Shown piece after piece: positions 47,180 through 57,567 of a DNA stretch of 64,000 bases. The DNA lies in the NCBI RefSeq assembly GCF_011386835.1, contig NC_088810.1:10354001-10418000 (forward strand), read 5' to 3'. A model generated the notes under the pieces. The model made no database searches. It saw only the letters and a list, made by a program, of their open reading frames with translations, and was not told where the DNA came from. The position numbers and the translations under genes are program-made. Every line of letters begins with the position of its first letter. Positions within the stretch are counted from its first letter, which is position 1. The stretch is from Chrysemys picta bellii. Taxonomy: Eukaryota.

Positions 47180-49255
47180 CGTGGTGTCAGAGAGAAGGCT
47201 TTGGATTCTTTGACCATGGGATGGTGTTCCAAGAGGGAGGAGTGCTAGGCAGAGACAGGCTCCACTTAACGAAGAGAGGGAAGAGCATCTTCGCAAGCAG
47301 GCTGGCTAACCTAGTGAGGAGGGCTTTAAACTAGGTTCAACGGGGGAAGGAGACCAAAGTGGGGAAGTGGGATACTGGGAGGAAGCACGAGCAGGAGAGT
47401 GCAAGAGGGGAGGACTCCTGCCTCATACTGAGAAAGCAGGATGATCAGTGAGTTATCTTGAGTGCCTATACAGAAATGCAAGAAGCCTGGGAAACAAGCA
47501 GGGAGAACTGGAAGTCCTGGCACAGTCAGGGAACTATGATGTGATTGGAATAACAGAGACCTGGTGAGATAACTCACATGACTGGAGTACTGTCATGGAT
47601 GGATATAAACTGTTCAGGAAGGACAGGCAGGGCAGAAAAGGTGGGGGAGTTGCGTTGTATGTAAGAGAGGAGTATGACTGCTCAGAGCTCCGGTATGAAA
47701 CTGCAGAAAAACCTGAGAGTCTCTGGATAAAGTTGAGAAGTGTGAGCAACAAGGGTGATGTCGTGGTTGGAGTCTGCTATAGACCACCAGACCAGGGGGA
47801 TGAGGTGGACGAGGCTTTCTTCTGGCAACTAGCAGAAGTTGCTAGATCGCAGGCCCTGGTTCTCATGGGGGACTTCAATCACCCCAATATCTGCTGGGAG
47901 AGCAATACAGCGGTGCACAGACAATCCAGGAAGTTTTTGGAAAGTGTAGGGGACAATTTCCTGGTGCAAGTGCTGGAGGAACCAACTAGGGGCAGAGCTT
48001 TTCTTGACCTGCTGCTCACAAACAGGGAAGAATTAGTAGGGGAAGCAAAAGTGGATGGGAACCTGGGAGGCAGTGACCATGAGATCGTCGAGTTCAGGAT
48101 CCTGACAGGATCCTGTAGTGCCCATCTTTAAAAAAGGGAAGAAGGAGGATCCGGGGAACTACAGGCTGGTCAGCCTCACCTCCGTCCCTGGAAAAATCAT
48201 GGAGCAGGTCCTCAAGGAATCAATTCTGAAGCACTTAAAGGAGAGGAAAGTGATCAGGAACAGTCAGCATGGATTCACCAAGGGCAAGTCATGCCTGACT
48301 AACCTAATTGCCTTCTATGACCAGATAACTGGCTCCACGGATGAGGGGAAAGCAGTGGATGTGTTATTCCTTGACTTTTGCACTAAACTGGGAGGAGTGG
48401 TAGATATGCTGGAGGGTAGGGCTAGGATACAGAGGGACCTAGACAAATTAGAGGATTGGGCCAAAAGAAATCTGATGAGGTTCAACAAGGACAAGTGCAG
48501 AGTCCTGCACTTAGGGTGGAAGAATTCCATGCACTGCTACAGACTAGGGACCGAATGGCTAAGTAGCAGTTCTGCAGAAAAGGACAGAGGGGTTACCGTG
48601 GTCGAGAAGCTGGATATGAGTCAACAGTGTCCCCTTGTTGCCAAGAAGGCTAATGGCATTTTGGGCTGTATAAGTAGGGGCATTGCCAGCAGATCGAGGA
48701 ACGTGATCATTCCCCTCTATTCGACATTGGTGAGGCCTCATCTGGAGTACTGTGTCCAGTTTTGGGCCACACACTACAAGAAGGATGTGGAAAAATTGGA
48801 AAGAGTCCAGCGGAGGGCAACAAAAATGATTAGGGGTCTGGAGCACATGACTTATGAGGAGAGGCTGAGGGAACTGGGATTGTTTAGTCTGCAGAAGAGA
48901 AGAATGAGGGGGGATTTGATAGCAGCCTTCAATTACCTGAAGGGGGGTTCCAAAGAGGATGGAGCTCGGCTGTTCTCAGTGGTGGCAGATGACAGAACAA
49001 GGAGCAATGGTCTCAAGTTGCAGTGGGGGAGGTCTAGGCTGGATATTAGGAAAAACTTTTTCACTAGTAGGGTGGTGAAGCACTGGAATGGGTTCCCTAG
49101 GGAGGTGGGGGAATCTCCTTCCTTGGAGGTTTTTAAGGTCAGGCTTGACAAAGCCCTGGCTGGGATGATTTAGTTGGGAATTGGTCCTGCTTTGAGCAGA
49201 GGGTTGGACTAGATGACTCCTGAGGTCCCTTCCAACCCTGATATTCTATGATTCT
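47180..49255 (+). mobile_element. CR1 LINE (end of ORF1, endonuclease, RT pieces, 3' UTR) with two internal deletions, in the presumed intron of B'
   Basis: EN motifs ([20 protein letters not shown]); jump at ~48105 to PIFKKG; FLDF joined to TKLGG at ~48378 removes the FADD core; ATTCTATG tail. Confidence 0.93.
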
Positions 49256-50114
49256 TTCTTAAAATCGGTTTTCAGCCGCTCTCATGATTTTTCCTTAACC
49301 TCAGGCAGTGAGGGGCTGCCCAGAGCCAGGGAAGGAGCTGGAGCAGGCCCCACTATATCCAGGAGTCCAGTGGGTACGGCACTGGGCCGGGAGTCAGAGC
49401 GGCCGGGTTCTCTTGTCAGTTCTGTCATATGGACATTGGGGAAACAACCCTCCTTTCTCTGCTGACCCACCCGGCCTTTGTCTGTCTTCTCTCTTTGCAC
49501 TGTGAGCCATTCAGGACAGGGTCTGTCTCTCGCTGTGTGTGGGCAGCGCCTGGCACAACGGGGCCCTGATCTCAGCTGGGGCAGGGACTGTCTCTGGCTG
49601 TTGATGAAGAATTGGGTATCTCAGATCTGCTTGTACATAGATATACATATATATTTTAAATAAAAGAGCACGGTCAATTAAAGAATCCTGGCTGTCCCAC
49701 AGTCCCTCATTCCCAGGTGCGAGGTGCCTCCTTCCCAGGGTGACTCCCCCGCCTGGCAGAGGCCAGCGGTGGTGATGTACACAGCGGCACTGCTGTGCTA
49801 GAGGGTGTGCAAAGTACATCAGTGTGTTACCCACTTTGCACGTGCCATGGGCCCCGAGAAAGCGACACTGCGAACTGAAGCAGTGTACCATGTGGGAGGT
49901 CCTGGCCCTCCACAGCCAGCCCAGACTGGGGGAGGAGGGGTCCCAGCCCAGCCCTCTGCAGCCAGCCCAGACTGGGGAATCTGGCTACAAATCAGAGAGG
50001 GGATGGTAAAGGGAGCTCTCACCTGCAAGTCTGCTGTCCTGGCAGGCTGAAGGAGCAGACGATGCCTGACTCTCTGCTTCTAAAGTTCCAGTTAGGTGAG
50101 AAAGTGAGAGTTGG

Positions 50115-50321
50115 TGTAAAGCCGACAGACCCCGGTCGTCAGCAGGTGGGATCGAACCTGGGACCTCTGGCGCTTAGTGCATGGGCCTCTACAGCATGAG
50201 CTAAAAGCTACGTGACTGTCCGCTAAGGCAGTAGAGAAGGATCATTTTCTCTCTCTCGTTAAGTGGTCTTGGTGCCACTAGATGGGCCAGACCACCACAC
50301 CCAGGAGGTGGGTGGGTTACA
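50115..50321 (-). mobile_element. 207-bp TGTAA...TTACA element containing a tRNA-like Pol III A/B box
   Basis: The reverse strand reads tagctcatgctgtaga...ggttcgatccc; inverted pentamer termini. Confidence 0.55.
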
Positions 50322-50889
50322 TGGCACAAGCCAAGCCGCACATCAAGCTGCCCACGGCTGGCATCGGAGGGCTAAAAGGGGAAGTTGTTCTGGCCCTGAC
50401 CGTGTTACCCTGACTCAGCTGACTCCAGCCCTGGGGGGTCCTTCTGCTAATGCCCCAAGGGGACGCTCCATACAGAGACCTGCAGCCAACTATCGCTGCT
50501 GCTCCAGAGGAGTTGGTTGATTCTCTGCCTAAGCACCAGCCTCCACTCCCCTCCCAGAGATGAGGAGAGAACCCAGGAGTCCTGGTTCCCAGCCCCGCCC
50601 CCAGCAGACCCCACTCCCTTCCCCTCCCGCAGCTGGGGAGGGAACCCCGGGGCGCTGACTCTGACTCGCCGCCTTTCACCTCTCTCCCTGTCCGGTTCCG
50701 CGATGGGAGAAGCCTGGAGCCGCCCTCCATGGAGGCTGGATGGACTCGGAGGGGTGCTGCCGGAAGCAATTGTCCTGGGCAAGGCCAGCTGCAGGTGCCT
50801 GCAGGCGGGACCCAGCCGGGGCTCGCTGGATCTTTCTGCCCCGCGTGACTGAAGAGGAAACAAGGTCTTGGAAACCAGCCAGACTCGAG

Positions 50890-51332
50890 TTCCTGGAAAC
50901 CACGTGGGGAACTGGAAGCCGCACCCCAGTGGCTTCACCCTGGGTGTGGGCTCCCTTAGCAGTCCGCAGCGTTTGCATCTTCCAGCAGCCTCCTGCGAGC
51001 CGAGCGATCCCACTCACCCCCTTCCCCAGAGAGCAGCGGGGGCGTCTTTCGCGGGTTCCTTGAGCAACAGCTGGGTCCCAGTAGCAGCCTCTTTAAGGCC
51101 AAGGCGACGTCCATTGGCACCGTGCTCCTGCTGCCCACCGCTGTCTGCCAATTGCCCCATCCTAGCCAGCACGGATCAGCTCTCCTATAAAGGCGAGAGT
51201 CCCCGCTCCGGTGTGCGGGGAGCGTCACAGCAAAGGGATCCTCTCCGGAGAGACCAGGCTGCTGCCCGCGGACCCGAGCTGACCTCTGCCCAGGCGAACG
51301 GCCCCTCGGCTTCCCCCCCGCCCAGCGAGCAG
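50890..51332 (+). promoter_or_regulatory. Promoter and non-coding exon 1 of gene A'
   Basis: GAS TTCCTGGAA at 50890-50898; TATAAA at 51186-51191; donor AG|GTAACT at 51333; acceptor AG at 51725-51726. Confidence 0.7.
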
Positions 51333-51737
51333 GTAACTCGCCCCATCGGCGGAGGCACGAATCGGAGCAGGGGTCGTGCAGTGAGAGCCCCCGGATCGCT
51401 TGGCAAACTGGGCTCCTCCAACGACGGGGGTTTCATGCAGCTCCTGGTAAGGAGCCCCATCTAGGGACAAAGAATATCAGTCACCCCCAGGCTGGGGGGG
51501 GGTTGCTGTGAGGGGGGACCTGCCCCGACTGTAACCGATTGACCTTTGGTCTGACCCAGTAGGGCCATTCTTATGTTCTTATGTTAAAGACCTTTGGGGA
51601 TCGGAGCCTGGAGACTTTTTTGTTTTAATGGCAGCTGAGTCTCTGCACTAGCTAAGCCAGTGATTTGGGGAGGGGGCACAGTGGGGTGCGCTGGCTAACG
51701 CCTCCTTCCTCTTCCTCTCCTGGCAGCTTTCTCGAGA

Positions 51738-52430
51738 ATGGCCTGGAGCGATATCCTGTACCCTGGCAACTCAGCAAGGCGGGAGAGGGTGGTGCGGTTA
51801 CACCAGGAGCTGATCAACTGCATAGAGCTCAATTTTGATGCCACCAACGAGCTGATTGGAGCCTTAAACACACACTGTCAGTTCAAGTTGCACCCCATTA
51901 AGATGAACATGAACGGCACCGTCCGGGAGAACTGTGACATATTCCTCGCAGCCATGAAGTCCATCCAAGACACGCTGCAGGCCATCGACGGAAGGTTGAA
52001 AAGCCAACTGGAGCCAGACCTCTACCAAAAACTTCATGATTTCCAGGAGCCTGATGCCAAGAAGATGCAGATTCTGCGCTCTCTGGCCAAGGGGGTGAGC
52101 GAGTTCACTGGGACCATGGCCATGAAGTTTTTCATCAAGCTGGTTTTATCGAAGGTGATGAGCAAAGCTATGAGCCAAATTACCATGATCTTGGCCGAGA
52201 TCGGTGCCTCCGTGGTTGGCGCCGTGGCTGGCATGATACTGGGCGTGGGTGTCGACTTGATTCTCAGCGCGATCCTGGGCGCCATAGAGAGAGACCGACT
52301 GGAGACAGCGATTCGGAAGCTCGAGGCGCTGGTGAGCGAGTTCAAGCCAGCCTCCAAGGAGTATAACAAAACCATCCTGAAGACCATCTACACGCTGCCA
52401 TCGCCGGAGGAGAATCAGCCGTTCAGATGA
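51738..52430 (+). CDS. SMCO3: SMCO3-like protein A' (230 aa)
   Basis: Intact ORF, paralog of 2261-2926; ATTAAA at 52517 and AATAAA at 52531. Confidence 0.88.
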   Translation: MAWSDILYPGNSARRERVVRLHQELINCIELNFDATNELIGALNTHCQFKLHPIKMNMNGTVRENCDIFLAAMKSIQDTLQAIDGRLKSQLEPDLYQKLHDFQEPDAKKMQILRSLAKGVSEFTGTMAMKFFIKLVLSKVMSKAMSQITMILAEIGASVVGAVAGMILGVGVDLILSAILGAIERDRLETAIRKLEALVSEFKPASKEYNKTILKTIYTLPSPEENQPFR

Positions 52431-53040
52431 CTCCAGAGCAAGCTGCAAGTTACCATTACTTGTAAAAATAAGGCCGTGGGGATCAGCTCCCATCTACCGT
52501 GACTTAGCCCAGTGCCATTAAAGCCAGCACAATAAATGATCTCTAGCTCTTACACAGTGCTTTTCATTAGTAGAGCTCAAAGTGCTTCAGGCTTCATTAA
52601 TGTCTTTATCCTCCCACCACATCTGGGGATAGGGCAGGGCTATTACCCCCATTCTACAGATGGGGAAACTGAAGCCCGGAAATTCAAAGGTATTTAAGCA
52701 CTTAACTTCCATTGACCTCAGAGCAATTGGCTCAGGCTCTCTGCAGACTCAGGCAATGTCACTGGTTTCAAGGGAAGCTAGGTGCCTAAAGTGACTTGCC
52801 CCAGCCCATACAGGAATTCTGTAGTGTAGCAGAGAATTGTCTGAGTTTCCCAAGTCACAGACTAGTGCCCAACAACCACTGGGCCATCTTTACCCTCTAG
52901 CTGGTGTTTTTCATCTATAGATCTCAAAGCACCTCCAAAAGGTCCGTATCAATACCCCGACGGTACACACATGGAAACTGAGTCACAGAAAAGGGCTCAG
53001 CTAGGCCAGGAATAGCGCCCAGAATGAGAGTGTCAAAATA

Positions 53041-54202
53041 CAGTAACTCCTCACTTAAATTGTCCCGGTTAACGTTGTTTTGTTACGTTGCTGATCTATT
53101 AGAGAACATGCTCGTTTAGACAACATGCTTGTTTAAAGTTGTGCAATGCTCCCTTATAATGTTGTTTGGCAGCCGCCAGCTTTGTCCACTGCTTGCAGAA
53201 AGAGCAGCCAATTGGAGCTAACTAGTGGGGGCTTGGAACCAGGGTGGACCAGCAGCCCCCCATCAGCTCTCCTAAGTTCCTTGTGCTGCAGCTGCCCAGC
53301 AGGCTATCAATTGCCGGGCAGTTCAGCTGTCCCTCCTCCCACTGCTGTGTGCTGCTCCTGCCCTCTGCCTTGGAGCTGCTCTGGGAGCCTCCTGCTTGCT
53401 GTACAGAGGGAGGGGAAGAGAGGTGCTAATGTCAGGGTGTCCCCTCCCCCCACTCCTGCCTCCCCTCCTGTACCTTATCTCCACAGAGAATGAGGGGGAC
53501 ATGACAGGGCTCAGGACAGAGGGAGCTTGCTGGCAGCAGCTGCTGTCTCAACTTGCTGATCTATTTAAAAGGCAATGTACTTAGAGTGGGTTCAGTGTAC
53601 TTAAAGGGGCAATGCACATCTCTCTCTCACACACAGGGTGTGTCTAGGGTGACCAGACTGCAAGTGTGAAAAATTGGGACAGGAGGTCAGGGGTATTAGG
53701 AGCCTATATAAGAAAAAGACCCAAAAATCAGGACTGTCCCTATAAAATCAGGACATCTGGTCACTCTAGGTGTGTCTCTGTCTCTCTCTGCCATGCTGTC
53801 TCCCCTCCCGCCATTCGGGCTGCCTTTTAGCGTGTGAGGCTACATTAACAACAATGTGTTAACCCTTGAGGGCTCAGCCAAGTGCTAGTTCATCGTTTAG
53901 CAGTAAGGCATTCCCTGGGAAAAATCCCACCCTCTGACTCCACCACCTCAACCAAGCTTCACAGTCATCACTGCTGTGTACAGTATTAAATTGTTTGTTT
54001 AAAATATATATATATAAATTTGCCAGACAAAAGACTATATATATATATATATAGTCTTTTGTCTGGCAAATTTTTTTCCCCTGGAACCTATACCCCCCTA
54101 TTTACATTAATTCTTATGGGGAAATTGGATTCGCTTAACATCGTTTTGCTTAAAGTAGCATTTTTCAGGAACATAACTACAATGTTAAATTAGGAGTTAC
54201 TG
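53041..54202. mobile_element. Tigger-like non-autonomous element, with a nested 124-bp hAT MITE at 53645-53768 (TSD GGTGTGTC)
   Basis: TIR cagtaactcct / aggagttactg; TA TSD; empty site with a single TA in the left arm at 1621-1622. Confidence 0.88.
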
Positions 54203-54373
54203 TAATTCATTGAGACTTTTCCCCGCCAAAACCAATACGTCCCCACCAAACATTTTGATTTTGACAAAACGGCCTTTTCCAATGGAAAACTGTTCTATCA
54301 AAAGCTTTCCGGCCAGCTCTGTGCTCGGCCCAGGCCGGAGAACCTACTTTGGGGTTTTCTGCTCCAGCCCAGA

Positions 54374-55483
54374 TAGGGTGACCAGATCACCAAAGACAAA
54401 TATCGGGACGCGGGGGGGGGGGGGGGGGGGTGACGTGGGGGGGGGGGCGTGGCGGGGGGGGGGGGGGGATGACGTGGGGGGGCGTGGCGGGGGGCGGGGC
54501 CAAAAAAAAAAAAAACTTCCTCCGCAAGTGCTGGAGGGAGGCCCGGGAGACTCAGGGGAAGCGCGGGGCCGGGGTAGTGAGAGTCCGGCCTGGCCCCGAG
54601 CAGGGAGGACTCAGTCGGGCGGTAGGGAGAGGAGGGGGGCGGCCCGCGGGGCCAGGAGGCGGCTGTTCTCCCCCCCGGGCAGTGGGACTCGGGAGCAGCC
54701 GCTGCTGCAGCTCCCACTGCCGCGGGGCAGGAAGCGGCCATGGCGCTCGGCGGCTGCAGCTCTGGCGCCCCCGAACCCCCCGAGCCGGGGCCTGCTGCGG
54801 GGACCCAGCAGCGCGCACGCTGCGCCCAGCCCCTGGCCAGTCGCGTCTGGGCTGCTGCCCAGCTGGTGCTATCCCGCGGCGGCCCCGGAGCGGGGGCAGC
54901 AGGCCCCAGCCCCCCCGTCCCGCTCGGGTCCCGCAGGGGAACGAACGGGGCTGGGCTGCCGATGCCTCCGCCCCGGGGCCGCCGCGGGATAGCACCAGCT
55001 GGGCAGCCCAGACGTGCCTAGCCAGGGGCTGGGCCCAGCGTACGCGCTGCTGCAGGCCCCGGCTCGGGGGGTTCGGGGGCGCCAGAGCCGCCGAGCGCCA
55101 TGGCCGCTTCCTCCCCCGTCGCCTGGCCCCGCGGGTCGCCCCCCTCCTCTCCCACCACCCGAGTCCTGCCTGCACTGGGACAGGCCGGACTGTTACTCAC
55201 CCCGGCCCCGCGCTGCCTCTGAGTCTCCCGGGCCTCCCTCCAGCGCTTGCGGAGGGAGGGGGAATGATGAGCCCGGGGAAGAGGCGGGGATTCGGGGAGG
55301 GAGCCAATCGGGGGAGGAGGGGGCGGAGTCGGGGCGGGGGGGGGGCGCGAGCACTTCCGGGCTCCAGGCTCCGGGGCATTTCCTTGTTTGTCCGGTTGTC
55401 CCGACCGCACGTCGGTCGGGACGCGGGACAAACAAGGAAATATCGGGACGGTCCCGATAAAATCGGGACGTCTGGTCACCCTA
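54374..55483. mobile_element. GC-rich foldback hAT MITE (1110 bp)
   Basis: TIRs tagggtgacc / ggtcacccta; TSD AGCCCAGA at 54366-54373 and 55484-55491; long internal inverted repeats; empty site in the left arm at ~1449-1456. Confidence 0.9.
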
Positions 55484-55500
55484 AGCCCAGATCTGGGAGT

Positions 55501-56813
55501 TGATACCAGTCAGCTCTGTGTTCTTGGGAACCAGGGCGCAGTATCCAGCCTGTCTGACTCATGAAAGACACCGTCCCCACCTGCCTCTGCTGAAACCAAA
55601 ACCGATCAGAGAAAAGACTTGCAGAGAGCAGTGAAGGGCGGTGGGAGACACATCTAGACCCCTCCTGACAAGGGTGACAGCATTAAGGCAATTCCCCAAG
55701 CCTCATTTGCATCAGAAATGGGACAGGGAGACATCTCCATTAGCATACAGAATGGAGAACAGAGATTCCAAGGCAAGAACCGCACTGAACTCTGGGACCA
55801 GAAAAGCAGGGAAAGCAATGCATCATTGGGGATCTCTGCTCCAGATGTTAATGAACCCACGCCTGTACACACCCAGCTCAGCAGTTATCAGACCAATTCT
55901 AGGAATGAATCCTTGATTGAATCCAAAATACCGAAGCAGCCGAATTGCATTGTGAGCTCCCTGGAAGAAAACACCACCCATAGCCAAGAGTGATCAGCTC
56001 CTATTGTCTAGCTTAAAGAAAACCCTTGAGTGATCAGTTTACGCATAAACAAATCTAGTGTTCTCCCTTGGACCATTGTTGTTTCCCTACAGGAAACCCC
56101 GACCCACACTCCAGTAAGTGTTCTGATGCATGGATCCAAACTCTGCATCAGTTCCACTGGGACTTCATCTTCTCCTGACTGATCGCGCTGGGGGCTCTGC
56201 CTGTCTCCAGCACTCCGGACCCTGAGATACCACCACCACCTGGGACTCCTGACTGGTTCAAGCTTCACGGAGTGGCGAGACCCCAGCTCTCTCTCGCTCT
56301 CTCTCTCTCTGTTTTCTTTTCTACCTCAGGTATAACTTCCTAACCCTGACTTGTTTGATCAGGTAGAGTTTTCTATATATGACTTTTGTAATCTTTAATA
56401 ATGTAACTGTTATGTTGGTTTAGGCTCTCCTTGTGTGGTATCACTATTATTCAATAAATAACTTTTATGGTTAAGTTGGTTGCTTCTCTCTCTCTCTCTC
56501 TCTCTCGCTCTCTCAACTTGACTCTTTTGTGTTTTTGGCTTCCCCATTTACTCTGCAGCAACGCTCCTCTTACCTAAGCTAAAGATCCCTGCAGCGCCCA
56601 AAAATCCTGTGGGGTTTGCTCATCAAGTGGGTTACGACCAGAACAGTGGTAACGTGACAGCGGGATAGGGATGTGCTGAACCTGGAACATACGACGGTGG
56701 CAACTTGGAAGTGCTGCTTGGCCCAGCCCACTGAGTCCAGGGATATATAAGGGGTCAGCTTGAGAGTGCTGATTGTCTCAGACCTGCTCTGCTAGAGAGA
56801 GAGAAAGAGAGAG

Positions 56814-56851
<38 letters not shown>

Positions 56852-57567
56852 CCAGGGCCGGCTCCAGGCACCAGCCCACCAAGCTCATGCTTGGGGCGGC
56901 ACCTGGAGGGGGGTGGCGCAGCGCTCCGGCCCCCGGGGAGAGCGGGGCCACGGCCGGGCTCGCCGACCTCCCCCCGGCGCTCTGGCCGCCCTCCCCCGGC
57001 ACTCTCCCCCCGGCCACCGGCGGGAGAGCGGCGAGCCCTGGCTGGGGCTCGCTGCTCTCTTGCCGCCCTGCTCCCTGCACTCTGGCCGCTGGGGGGAGAG
57101 CGGAGCCCCGGCCGGGGCTTGCCGCCCTCCTCCCAGGGCTCTGGCCGCCCTCCCCCCCGGCCGCCGGGGGGAGAGCGGAGCCCCCGCCGGGGCTCACCGC
57201 CCTCCTCCCAGGGCTCTGGCCGCCCTCCCCCCCCGCGCCCTCCCCCCGGCCGCCGGGGGGACGCCACCCTCCCCCGGGGGCTCCGGCCACCCTCCCCCCC
57301 CCTCCTGTGGGCGGGGGGGCAGCCGGCGGCTTTTTTGCCTGGGGCGGCAAAAAAGCCAGAGCCGGCCCTGGCACACGCGCATCCCTGGAGAACCTAAGTC
57401 CTGCAGGAGAGCTCCATTGGGAGGGGACTTGCAGCAGGGAAAAGTAGAGCTCCATATGAAAACACAAGTGACACACACAGTACATTGATAGAGTTACCAA
57501 ACCCCGCCCCAGAAGAGTAACCTTAATAAATGAGTGTACCCCAAAGTAATGGGAAAATTTGGTAACA
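55501..57567. mobile_element. LTR-type insertion (2067 bp) with a nested MITE at 56853-57370
   Basis: tgatacca / tggtaaca termini; TSD GAGT at 55497-55500 and 57568-57571; empty site in the left arm at ~1442-1445. Confidence 0.75.
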
